From an uncultured Mycoplasmatota bacterium (lineage in GTDB: Bacteria > Bacillota_I > Bacilli_A > RF39 > UBA660), in contig CAMJBC010000006.1 of assembly GCA_946403755.1 (NCBI GenBank), forward strand, positions 46,176-110,175: 64,000 nucleotides of DNA. Reading direction: 5' to 3'. Made by a program: the position numbers and the translations under genes. Position 1 is the first letter of the stretch; every line of letters begins with the position of its first letter. Under the pieces are notes generated by a model, which did no database searches, was not told the origin of the DNA, and worked only from the letters and a program-made list of their open reading frames with translations. This document shows, piece after piece, positions 51,080-60,499 of this stretch.

Positions 51080-53411
51080 AATAATTAAAAGTGTTGATCT
51101 TAGTAAGATACAAAGTCTTACAGGTGATATGTATGAATTAGCTTTATCTAGAATGGTATGTATAGAATTAGCTAAATATTATTATAGAGATGAGATTTTT
51201 TTCCTTTTCAAAGAGAATTTAGAAGATAGAGAAGAAATATATAATAGAGTTCCAAAAGGAACTAATAAAAATATTACATGTAATTCATTATGTATAATAT
51301 TAGAACAAATATTAAGAGATTATTATGGATTAAATGTTAAAATGAATTCTGTCTTTAGTGATAGATTTGCACATAAAGATGTAGTATTAACTACTAAAAG
51401 TGGTAAAAAATATATATTAAATCCTTTAATGGATTTAGTAGAATATAAAGTTGGTTTTGAAACAACTAATTTTGCATCTAAAAAAATGTCAGATTTTTAT
51501 AAAAGTAAAATACCTGATATAGACTATATTTCAAAAGAAGAATTACTACAAATAGATGAAACAATTGGATATACAACAAATGGTAAATATAAAAGTTTAG
51601 ATGATGTACATTGTGATAATATTGAAGATGCATTAAAAGTAATATTTGATGTAAGAGGATATTTAAATGGAATAGTAGATTTAAAAATATTTTCTTCATT
51701 AAAACTAAGTATAATTCTTGGTAGAAAAATAAAAATAAAAGATATCTATATAGATAAAAAAGATATTAAAGATGAAACATTAAAACAATTAGAATTTAGA
51801 AATAATGATAGATATAGAGGATTAATAATTGAAGAAAATGGTTTTGTATATCTATTTCCAATTAATAATACATTTGTTAAATATACAGAGGAAGAATGGA
51901 ATAAATTAGTAAGTGAAAATAATATTAATATTAATACTTATGCATATGTAGAAAATCTAAATAAATTAAAAGATTTAGGTATAGATAGAAATATAATACA
52001 TAATCGTAAATTTTTAGAAATATTTAGTTATTATGAAAGTCTATGTAAACAAGATGGTAAGAATATTTTAGATTATATAGATTATTCTAAAAAAATAATT
52101 AGAGTTAGATATAAATGTGATTTAATGTTTTATATAGAAGGTAATCATTTAGTAATGATAGATTATCAAGATAAACAAAAAAGTAAATATGTTTTTGAAG
52201 ATGAAAATAGAGTAAGAGAAGATAAAAAAACATTTACTGAATCATCAGATACATCATTAATAGATGAATATTTACAAAGAACAGATGTTCTTGGTATGTT
52301 TCATACTCAAGTAGAAAATTCAGATGTATTAGATTATGTTACTAAAGGTGAAGATGGATATTTATCAAGAAATTATTCACAATATTATTCATTCGAAACA
52401 TATAAAGATTTATTAGATAGAAGAGATAGAATAATAAATATATTATTAAGAAATAAAAATCTTAGTAATGATGAAAAATATATATTATTAGAAAATCTAT
52501 TAAATATTTCATCAAGACTTTATTATTTATCTTGTTTAAGTAATACTATAGAAAGACAAGATTATAAAATAAATCAAAACTATGATATGTTAGTAAATGA
52601 TATTACTAATTTTATATCATTTATTATGCAACTTGGAATACCATTTAATTTCAAAAAATATGAAGAAATGAAAAATAATTTTGATAGAGATATGGTATTA
52701 CATAAAAAAAGACAAATAGAATTAGATAATAAAACATATATAATTAGCTATATTAATAAATTATTAGAGTTAATTAAAGAACAAGGATTAGAAGATTACT
52801 TTGTTATTACTCCAGGATTTGGATCTATTTATCTAGGACCTTTTATTAGTTCACTAGAAGATAAAAAAAGTAGTATACTATTATATAGTAAGTACAAGAA
52901 AGCTTGTATTCCAGAGATAGAAGATAAACAAGATTTTGAAGAATTAATAGCTAATCCTTCTGGTATGGGTGATAAACCAATTATTCTATTAGATGATAAT
53001 ATGGGTACAGGTACTACTATGAAACATGTTAGAGATGAATTAACATCTAATGGACATAATGTATTACTATCTGGAGCTTATCAATATACATTTGATAGAT
53101 TACAAGAATATTCAATAAAAGATAGGGGACAAGGATTATTTGATCCATATGATCAAGACTTATTAACACCAGTTAATTATCCAAGACATCAAATTCTAGA
53201 AAAAGCTGTTAGCCAATTTGGTATATCTCCAGAAGATTATATAAGATATTTAAATTTATTTGGATATCATAGAAAACAATGTTCTGATTATAAACTTATG
53301 TTAGATGATGCTGATTATTTCTATCATAGATTTACAGGTAAAGATATAGATAGTGATGATCAATTAAAACCAACTAGTTTAAGTTTAATAAGAAAATTAA
53401 AAGGAGAATAA
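51063..53411 (+). CDS. Fusion protein: N-terminal transglutaminase/papain-like domain and C-terminal type I phosphoribosyltransferase domain
   Basis: ITCNSL...AHKD...LNPLMDL; PGFGS, LYS, IILLDDNMGTGTT PRPP loop; GTG 51063 after GAGG. Confidence 0.75.
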   Translation: MNIINKIIKSVDLSKIQSLTGDMYELALSRMVCIELAKYYYRDEIFFLFKENLEDREEIYNRVPKGTNKNITCNSLCIILEQILRDYYGLNVKMNSVFSDRFAHKDVVLTTKSGKKYILNPLMDLVEYKVGFETTNFASKKMSDFYKSKIPDIDYISKEELLQIDETIGYTTNGKYKSLDDVHCDNIEDALKVIFDVRGYLNGIVDLKIFSSLKLSIILGRKIKIKDIYIDKKDIKDETLKQLEFRNNDRYRGLIIEENGFVYLFPINNTFVKYTEEEWNKLVSENNININTYAYVENLNKLKDLGIDRNIIHNRKFLEIFSYYESLCKQDGKNILDYIDYSKKIIRVRYKCDLMFYIEGNHLVMIDYQDKQKSKYVFEDENRVREDKKTFTESSDTSLIDEYLQRTDVLGMFHTQVENSDVLDYVTKGEDGYLSRNYSQYYSFETYKDLLDRRDRIINILLRNKNLSNDEKYILLENLLNISSRLYYLSCLSNTIERQDYKINQNYDMLVNDITNFISFIMQLGIPFNFKKYEEMKNNFDRDMVLHKKRQIELDNKTYIISYINKLLELIKEQGLEDYFVITPGFGSIYLGPFISSLEDKKSSILLYSKYKKACIPEIEDKQDFEELIANPSGMGDKPIILLDDNMGTGTTMKHVRDELTSNGHNVLLSGAYQYTFDRLQEYSIKDRGQGLFDPYDQDLLTPVNYPRHQILEKAVSQFGISPEDYIRYLNLFGYHRKQCSDYKLMLDDADYFYHRFTGKDIDSDDQLKPTSLSLIRKLKGE

Positions 53412-53412
53412 T

Positions 53413-54012
53413 ATGGAACAAGAATTAAAAGAATTTATTAAATTTAAAAAGAATTATAAATTCAAACAATTAGATATTATAGAAAAAGATGGTAATTTAT
53501 ATTGTGAAGATACATTATTAAAAGATGAAAATGGATATGTAGGAGAAACAGATAAATGGGTAAATGTTGGTTTCTCATTAAGAGGTATGTATCCTAAACT
53601 ATTATCTAATTTATTTCCATATGAATTTACTTTTAAAAGCCATAAATTAAATTCAATAGAATGTTTCTTTCAAGGTATTAAATTTAAAGATAAAGATTTA
53701 CAAAAAAAATTATTTAAATATAGTGGTAAAGAGGCATTAGTATTACAAAAAGCTAGTAATTATAATTGGAAAGAAACAGGTATTATTTATTGGCAAGGAA
53801 AACCAATAAAAAGAGATTCTAAAGATTATGATAAACTAATAGATGAATTATATATAAGTGCTATACAAAATGAATTTTATAGAAATGCTATTAAAAACTG
53901 TAATTTACCTATAATACATGCAATGGGTGAAATAGATAAAAAAGATACAGTATTTACAAGATATGAATTTGAATTTATGTTAAATTGTTTACATGATTTT
54001 TTAAACAAATAA
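53413..54012 (+). CDS. NADAR-like protein (phage T4 gp30.3-like)
   Basis: LLSNLFPYEF...NSIECFFQGIKF...NWK....YWQG..I.R.S..Y. Confidence 0.7.
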   Translation: MEQELKEFIKFKKNYKFKQLDIIEKDGNLYCEDTLLKDENGYVGETDKWVNVGFSLRGMYPKLLSNLFPYEFTFKSHKLNSIECFFQGIKFKDKDLQKKLFKYSGKEALVLQKASNYNWKETGIIYWQGKPIKRDSKDYDKLIDELYISAIQNEFYRNAIKNCNLPIIHAMGEIDKKDTVFTRYEFEFMLNCLHDFLNK

Positions 54013-54018
54013 TATAAT

Positions 54019-54048
54019 AAAAAGTTAGGTAAAAAACCTAACTTTTTA
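54019..54048 (+). terminator. Terminator closing the radical SAM operon
   Basis: AAAAAGTTAGGT-AAAAA-ACCTAACTTTTT. Confidence 0.85.
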
Positions 54049-54107
54049 TTTGTCAAACATATTTACTAAAACCAAAATTAATGATATTATATTTATAGAT
54101 AATAGGA

Positions 54108-56837
54108 GTGTGTATTATGGCAAGAAAAAAAGAAGAAATGTATCCATGTTCTTATGACTTATTTATGAGGGCTTTAGAAGAATTAAAAGCACAAAGACCT
54201 GATAGTAAAGCAATAGAAGAACTATACTCTGTTTTAAGCATGATGGAAGACGATTGGGGAACTTTTGAAGAAAAAGAATTTATAGGAACTAAAAAACAAA
54301 TAAACAAGTATTTAAATGATAGTAAACCTCGTGCAAGAAAAGCATTCAGTAAATTAAGTAGAGAAGAACTTGTCACATTAGTAAATTATATTGAAAGAGA
54401 ATTTCAAAGAAGTTTTGATAGAAATAGAATAATAGATGAGTACATTGAAGAGTTAAGAAAGCATTGTAAAGAACCTAGTAAAACTAATGATTATGACTAT
54501 GATCACGGAATAGGTGATAGTTGGGGAGATGATGATTGGGGATTTACTAACCAAGATGGATTAGATTCAACATATGGTGATCCATTTGCACCATCTTCAA
54601 CATATGGAAATAGATCAAGAAGAAATAGACCAAGTATTTCAATATCAAACCCATTAGCAGGATTATCTGCTAATAGAAGACGTGAAAAATTGCCTTCATG
54701 TAGTTATAATAATTTTATGGAGGCTTTAGAAGAATTAAAAGCACAAAGACCTGATAGTAAAGCAATAGAAGAACTATTCTCTGTTTTAAGCATGAGGGAT
54801 GATAACGCTTGGGGACCTTCTAAAGAAAAAGAATTTATAGGAACTCAAAAACAAATAAACAAGTATTTAAATGATAGTAAACCTCGTGCAAGAAGAGCAT
54901 TCAGTAAATTAAGTAGAGAAGAACTTGGCGCATTAGTAAATTATATTGAAAGAGAATTTAAAAGAAGTTTTGATAGAAATCAAATAATAGATGAATATAT
55001 TGAAGAGTTAAGAAAACATTGTAAAGAACCTAGTAAAACTAATGATTATGATCACGGAATAGGTAATAGTTGGGGAGATGATGATTGGGGATTTACTAAC
55101 CAAGATGGATTAGATTCAACATATGATCCATTTGCACCATCTTCAACATATAGAAATAGTTCAAGAAGAAATAGACCAGGTATTTCAATGTCAAATCCAT
55201 TTGCTGCTAATAGAAGACGTGCAGAATTGCCTTTATGTACCTATAATCTTTTTATGGAAGCTTTAGAAGAATTAAAAAATCAAAGACCTGATAGTAAAGC
55301 AATAAGTAGTCTATATAATATTTTAAGTATGGAGTATAAAGATTTTACAGGAAGTAGAAATCAAATAAATAGTTTTATTAATCGTTGTACATCTGATGCA
55401 AGAAGACAATTTCATAAATTAAGTAGAGAAGAACTTGGAACATTAATTTATTCTATTGAAAGTAAATATAAAAGAAGATTTGATAAAGCAAAATTATTAA
55501 AAGAATATATTGAAGAGCTAAAGAAACATTGTAAAGAACTTACTGCAACTAATAATCATGGTTACAGAAGAAACAATAGTAGTGGAGATTACGATTATGA
55601 TCCTTTTGCACCAGATTCAACATATGAAGAAGAATCATATGATGCAGAGCAAACAAAAGTAACTCCTATAATTACTGGCAGAAGGCAACGTAGAAATTTG
55701 ATGCCATGTAACTATGATATATTTGAAGAAGCTGTAAAAGAATTAAAAGCACAAAGACCTGATAGTCCAGGAATATCTAATTTATATATCAGTTTAGGTG
55801 TTGAAGGAAGAGGACTTACAGGCAGCAGAAATCAAATTAATAGTTCAATTACTCGTATTATATCAAGTTTAAGAAGATCGTTAAATAAACTAAGTAGAGA
55901 AGAAATGGGAGCACTTGTTTCTATTCTTGAAAATAAGTATAACAAAAGACTTGATAAAGGCGTAATCATATATGATTTTGGTGATAGATTAAAAAAAGAA
56001 TATATTCAAAAAAGTATTAGTAGATCACATCCATCAGAAGAAGCACCAGCTTATGCTCATGGTTATTCATTAAGTACAGGAAGAAAATTTAAATCAGCTG
56101 GTCCAGCAGGTCAATTCATGGCTACAAGTAAAGAATATAATCCATATGCAGGTAAAGTAGCAAGACTATCAATACCAAAAGATTATAAATATAAATATTC
56201 ATATTATATGGTTCAGTCATATGGAGAAAGTGTTGTAAGATTTATTGATAGAACATTTAATAAACAAACATTGGAAAAATTTGATTCAGAATTAATAAAC
56301 ATAAGCCCATTTGATCCAAATTATATAACAGAGTCAAATAAATTAATCGAAGCAATTGTAGAAGATGCATTACTTTATGATACAGAAGAAGCTAAAAAGA
56401 AAATGATAGATGCTGTTAAAGATAATTATGGTTTAGAATTTTCTCCAAGTAAACTTCCAGAAGAAGTACTTAAGGAATTAATATCAGATGAATTAAGATT
56501 CTATCAACAAAAGATTATTGAGGAAAAATTAAACGGAATGGATACTACATTCTTAGGAACTTCAAAAAGAATATCAAAAGATATATGGCAAAATAGAATG
56601 GTACTCGAAGATTTACGTACATTTACATTACCTAATTATGCATTTACAGAAGAGGTTATAGATAATTATCCTATTGACATTGTAACTGCTAAAAAACAAT
56701 TACCAAGAGATTATGCAAGTAGATATTTAACTGGTGGATCTTTTGGAGAACAAACAGCACGAGTAATTATTACTAAAGGTTCAGATGGAACTTTTAGAGT
56801 ATCAAATGCATTTGGTAAAATTAAAATATTACAATAA
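54108..56837 (+). CDS. Hypothetical protein with four tandem ~180-aa repeats and unique C-terminal domain
   Basis: C.Y..F..A.EELK.QRPDS occurs four times; ATG 54117 is an alternative start. Confidence 0.85.
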   Translation: MCIMARKKEEMYPCSYDLFMRALEELKAQRPDSKAIEELYSVLSMMEDDWGTFEEKEFIGTKKQINKYLNDSKPRARKAFSKLSREELVTLVNYIEREFQRSFDRNRIIDEYIEELRKHCKEPSKTNDYDYDHGIGDSWGDDDWGFTNQDGLDSTYGDPFAPSSTYGNRSRRNRPSISISNPLAGLSANRRREKLPSCSYNNFMEALEELKAQRPDSKAIEELFSVLSMRDDNAWGPSKEKEFIGTQKQINKYLNDSKPRARRAFSKLSREELGALVNYIEREFKRSFDRNQIIDEYIEELRKHCKEPSKTNDYDHGIGNSWGDDDWGFTNQDGLDSTYDPFAPSSTYRNSSRRNRPGISMSNPFAANRRRAELPLCTYNLFMEALEELKNQRPDSKAISSLYNILSMEYKDFTGSRNQINSFINRCTSDARRQFHKLSREELGTLIYSIESKYKRRFDKAKLLKEYIEELKKHCKELTATNNHGYRRNNSSGDYDYDPFAPDSTYEEESYDAEQTKVTPIITGRRQRRNLMPCNYDIFEEAVKELKAQRPDSPGISNLYISLGVEGRGLTGSRNQINSSITRIISSLRRSLNKLSREEMGALVSILENKYNKRLDKGVIIYDFGDRLKKEYIQKSISRSHPSEEAPAYAHGYSLSTGRKFKSAGPAGQFMATSKEYNPYAGKVARLSIPKDYKYKYSYYMVQSYGESVVRFIDRTFNKQTLEKFDSELINISPFDPNYITESNKLIEAIVEDALLYDTEEAKKKMIDAVKDNYGLEFSPSKLPEEVLKELISDELRFYQQKIIEEKLNGMDTTFLGTSKRISKDIWQNRMVLEDLRTFTLPNYAFTEEVIDNYPIDIVTAKKQLPRDYASRYLTGGSFGEQTARVIITKGSDGTFRVSNAFGKIKILQ
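54140..56000 (+). repeat. Four intragenic repeats (~0.5 kb period), first two nearly identical at DNA level
   Basis: GAATTAAAAGCACAAAGACCTGATAGT and AAATTAAGTAGAGAAGAA recur; boundaries approximate. Confidence 0.9.
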
Positions 56838-56872
56838 TAAAAATAAAAGTTAAGATTAAATCTTAACTTTTT
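56829..56872 (+). repeat. 44-bp direct repeat copy 1 (last codons, stop and terminator)
   Basis: TTACAATAATAAAAATAAAAGTTAAGATTAAATCTTAACTTTTT, identical to 58545-58588. Confidence 0.92.
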
Positions 56873-56918
56873 ATTGACACTAAATTGGTAAATACGTGTT
56901 ATAATTTATATAAGGAGA

Positions 56919-57578
56919 GTGAACAATTTGAAGAAAAAAATATTAATAATTTTATTTGTTTTAGTTCTACTATGTGGTTGTGGTAAAACTGGAAGTGGAA
57001 GGAAAGTTACAGCTATAGATAGTGATATAGATTATATATCTATAAGAGACTATAAAATATATTTGACAGAAAATTTTGAAGATTATGTTTTACAATTTCA
57101 AGGTTTAGGTTGTAAATTTCAAGCACAAGATAGTAATATAAAAGATTCATTTGAAATAGACAATATTAAATCAAAAGATCATCCATTTTATACATTAACA
57201 GGAGGATATAGATTTGATATATCATGTCCAATAGCTGGAAATGTATCATCAGCTGATTTTGATGGATATTTAGAACAAACAAGTGCTAATTATACTGATA
57301 GAGTTATTAAAAGATGGCGTATTGATTCTTTACAAGAAGTAATAAAAGTTAAAACAAAAAATCATGGAACACTAATATTTGGTGATGATGATAATCATGA
57401 AACAATTGATAGTATAAGACAAAAGTATGGAGAACCTACAGAAGAAGAAAAAGATTATTATGGAAAAATAGAATCTATGAATTATAAAAGTGATAATAAT
57501 GATTTAGAATTCATAGTAATGAATAGTCTTACTTCAACAGGTGATGAAGTATATGGCTTCTATTTAGAAAGGAAATAA
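56919..57578 (+). CDS. Lipoprotein
   Basis: Lipobox LCGC; YGEP motif. Confidence 0.8.
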   Translation: MNNLKKKILIILFVLVLLCGCGKTGSGRKVTAIDSDIDYISIRDYKIYLTENFEDYVLQFQGLGCKFQAQDSNIKDSFEIDNIKSKDHPFYTLTGGYRFDISCPIAGNVSSADFDGYLEQTSANYTDRVIKRWRIDSLQEVIKVKTKNHGTLIFGDDDNHETIDSIRQKYGEPTEEEKDYYGKIESMNYKSDNNDLEFIVMNSLTSTGDEVYGFYLERK

Positions 57579-57581
57579 AAA

Positions 57582-58553
57582 ATGAAAAAGAAAATATCAC
57601 TAATAGTTTATTTATTATTTGCAGTATTAATAGTAGGTTTTTGTTCAGGATGTGCTTCAAAACAAAGTGATGGAGAAGGCAATACTGAAGTAGTAAAAGG
57701 AAGTAACATAATTCAAACATATGTATCTAGTAATTATATATTAATGCTTGATAAAAAAGGTGATTTATATCTATATGGAAAATATACTTATGGAATATCA
57801 AATCTAGAAGAACCAAAAGTAGTAGCAAGTGATGTAAAATACTTTGTACCAAGTGGTAGATTAATAATTGTTAAAAATGATGATTCAGCATATTATAGTG
57901 GATTAAATATTGATGGTTGGGGATCAGCTTCAGAATTTGAAAAAGTAACAGATAATGTAAAATCAATAACATCAAATACATTTTGTTTCTTTATAATTGA
58001 TAAAGATAATAACTATGTAGTAAGAGGGCCAATAAAAAATAGCAATTCTATGAAATATTGTGCATTACCAGATACATTTGATGCAAATTTCTCTAAAGTA
58101 GCTACTAATGTAAAAGGTATAGAAAGTAGTGATTTTTCAAATGGGTATGTTAATGAAAATAATGAATTATATGTATCTATTTATAATAAACCAGAATATA
58201 AAATGCTTTTATCTGATGTAAAGAAAGTATCAGGAACAATGGTATTAACTAATAGTAATAAACTATATTGGATAGATAATTTCTCAGCAGAAGTAGTTAA
58301 ATTATTAGATGAAAATGTTATAGAATTGTATGACATTGGTATTTATAAAAAAGCAGATAATACATTCCATTCAGGTGCATATTCTACAGAACCTATTAAA
58401 TATACAGATATAAAAATACCATATTATTATAATGGTAAAAAAACAGTATATTTAAGTACAAATAATAAATTAGTACTAGCAGGTGAAGTTGATAAATATG
58501 AATTAGATTTATCAGTTGAATCTATGAAAAAAGCATATGAATTTTTACAATAA
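57582..58553 (+). CDS. Lipoprotein with RCC1-like beta-propeller repeats
   Basis: Lipobox CSGC; LDKKGDLYLYG and KV..NVK.I repeats. Confidence 0.72.
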   Translation: MKKKISLIVYLLFAVLIVGFCSGCASKQSDGEGNTEVVKGSNIIQTYVSSNYILMLDKKGDLYLYGKYTYGISNLEEPKVVASDVKYFVPSGRLIIVKNDDSAYYSGLNIDGWGSASEFEKVTDNVKSITSNTFCFFIIDKDNNYVVRGPIKNSNSMKYCALPDTFDANFSKVATNVKGIESSDFSNGYVNENNELYVSIYNKPEYKMLLSDVKKVSGTMVLTNSNKLYWIDNFSAEVVKLLDENVIELYDIGIYKKADNTFHSGAYSTEPIKYTDIKIPYYYNGKKTVYLSTNNKLVLAGEVDKYELDLSVESMKKAYEFLQ

Positions 58554-58588
58554 TAAAAATAAAAGTTAAGATTAAATCTTAACTTTTT
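58545..58588 (+). repeat. 44-bp direct repeat copy 2
   Basis: Identical to 56829-56872. Confidence 0.92.
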
Positions 58589-58687
58589 TTATTTACATCA
58601 ATATAAAAGATTTTTTTTAAATAATAATTATGTTATAATAAAATTGATATACTATGGATTACTATAATGAAAGGAGATGATAAAAAT

Positions 58688-60418
58688 ATGAAAAAAACAT
58701 TTAAAATGATTTTTTGCATGTTTTTGTGTGTCTTTTCATTATTTATAAAAAATGATAAAGTATATGCTTATTTTTCAGATTCATATGTTGCATCTAATGG
58801 TTTTTCAGTTGCACCTACATATACTGATACTTTTATAACAAATTATAGTGATTCTAATGGAGTAATAACTGAACTTGGAAGAGAAACAAAAAAATATTTT
58901 GAAAATACAGTTGTTACTATTAATAGTCCAAGTAATGTTAATTTAACAGGATTAGAACTTGATTCAATTACAGTAAATGGAAGTGGATCATATAATATTG
59001 GTGATACATTTACTCAATTAGCAAGTAATATGACTATAGTATATACATATAAAGATATAAAATACTCCGTTACATATGGTGGAGAAACATCAAATTATAC
59101 TTATAGTAATACAAATTTAAATGTTAATTATAATAATGGTTATACTACAACAATAACTCCAGTAACAGGAAGAAATATTGATACTATTACAGTAACAATG
59201 GGTGGTGTTGATATTACATCATCAGCTGTTAATAATAACAGTGTTACAGTAAATAATGTAACTGGAGATATAGATATAAATGTAACCACTAAAGCTGTAA
59301 CATATACAATAACTTATTCTGGAAATAATTTCACACACTCTAATAATGCAACAACAGTTAATCATGGAGATTCATTTACTACAAATATATCAGCATCAGG
59401 AGTAAATCAAGTTACTGGTATTACAGTAACAATGGGTGGTGTTGATATTTCATCATCAGCAGTTAATAATAATAGTGTTACAATAAATAGTGTAACTGGA
59501 AATATTAGAATTACTGTTACAACTCAAACATGTTTAGTAGAAGGAACAAGAATAACTTTATATGATGGTTCTACTAAAAATATTGAAGATATTAGATATA
59601 ATGATTTATTAAAAGTATGGAATCACGATTTAGGACAATATGGTTATGAATATGCTGGATGGGTTGAACAACAAGGAACTGCAAATGGTTATACTAAGGT
59701 GACATTCTCAGATGGAACAATACTAAAGGTAGTAGGTGGACATAGTTTATTTAGTAAAAGATTAAATAAGTATGTTGATATTACATCAGGTGAATTAAGT
59801 ATTGGCGATGAAGTAGTAACGCTAAGTAATGGTATAGGATATGTAAGTATTACAAATATAGAAACAGTTAATGAAGAGGTTAAATACTATCATGTAATAT
59901 CTACAAGATACTTTAACTTAATTGCTAACAATATACTAACAACTTATGAAATATTTGATAATATTTCTAACTTTATGGATTTTGGTGAAAATCTAAAATG
60001 GCAAAATACTGAAATAGTAAGAAGTGATATGTATACATATGATGATTTTACTTATTTACCAAGATATATTTATAAAGCATTTAGATTAGAAGAAACAAAA
60101 TATTTAGTAAATAGTGGATTAGTTTCACCAGATGAGTTTACTTATCTATTCACTCAATATTTAACTGATGGAAATAAAATGTTAATGCCACCAACTAATA
60201 ATAATGAAACTAGATTATGGATGGTAACAACTAGTGATGATACAGATTTATCTAATACTACTCATCAATTAGAAGAAGGAACAATTTATACAGTACCAAC
60301 TCCTAATAATGAAGAAGGATTTGTTAATTGGTATAATTCAAGTGATAATAAGTATTATAATCCAGGTGATACAATTGAAGTTTACGGTGGAATGCATTTA
60401 ACTGCTGTATATGAATAA
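58688..60418 (+). CDS. Secreted protein with SipW-type signal, Ig-like repeats and Hint domain
   Basis: AYFSD after signal; two TITVTMGGVDI.SSAVNNNSVT repeats; CLVEGTRITLYDGSTKNIEDI...GGHSLF...LIANNILT. Confidence 0.85.
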   Translation: MKKTFKMIFCMFLCVFSLFIKNDKVYAYFSDSYVASNGFSVAPTYTDTFITNYSDSNGVITELGRETKKYFENTVVTINSPSNVNLTGLELDSITVNGSGSYNIGDTFTQLASNMTIVYTYKDIKYSVTYGGETSNYTYSNTNLNVNYNNGYTTTITPVTGRNIDTITVTMGGVDITSSAVNNNSVTVNNVTGDIDINVTTKAVTYTITYSGNNFTHSNNATTVNHGDSFTTNISASGVNQVTGITVTMGGVDISSSAVNNNSVTINSVTGNIRITVTTQTCLVEGTRITLYDGSTKNIEDIRYNDLLKVWNHDLGQYGYEYAGWVEQQGTANGYTKVTFSDGTILKVVGGHSLFSKRLNKYVDITSGELSIGDEVVTLSNGIGYVSITNIETVNEEVKYYHVISTRYFNLIANNILTTYEIFDNISNFMDFGENLKWQNTEIVRSDMYTYDDFTYLPRYIYKAFRLEETKYLVNSGLVSPDEFTYLFTQYLTDGNKMLMPPTNNNETRLWMVTTSDDTDLSNTTHQLEEGTIYTVPTPNNEEGFVNWYNSSDNKYYNPGDTIEVYGGMHLTAVYE

Positions 60419-60499
60419 AGCGTAATTTTACGCTTTATTTTTTTGTTGTAATAGATAAAATCAAAATGATATAATAAATACATATTAGGATGTGATTAT

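Noticed and set aside
54024-54042. GTTAGGT...ACCTAAC resembling integron attC core sites
   Set aside because: Order is reversed relative to attC, the element is far too short and no integrase is present; terminator is sufficient.
54140-56000. Long repeats as CRISPR array or mobile element
   Set aside because: Repeats are in-frame coding units of ~0.5 kb with no spacer structure and no cas genes.
59531-59944. Hint domain as a mobile intein or polymorphic-toxin pretoxin Hint
   Set aside because: No homing endonuclease, no terminal His-Asn, and no recognisable toxin or immunity gene downstream.
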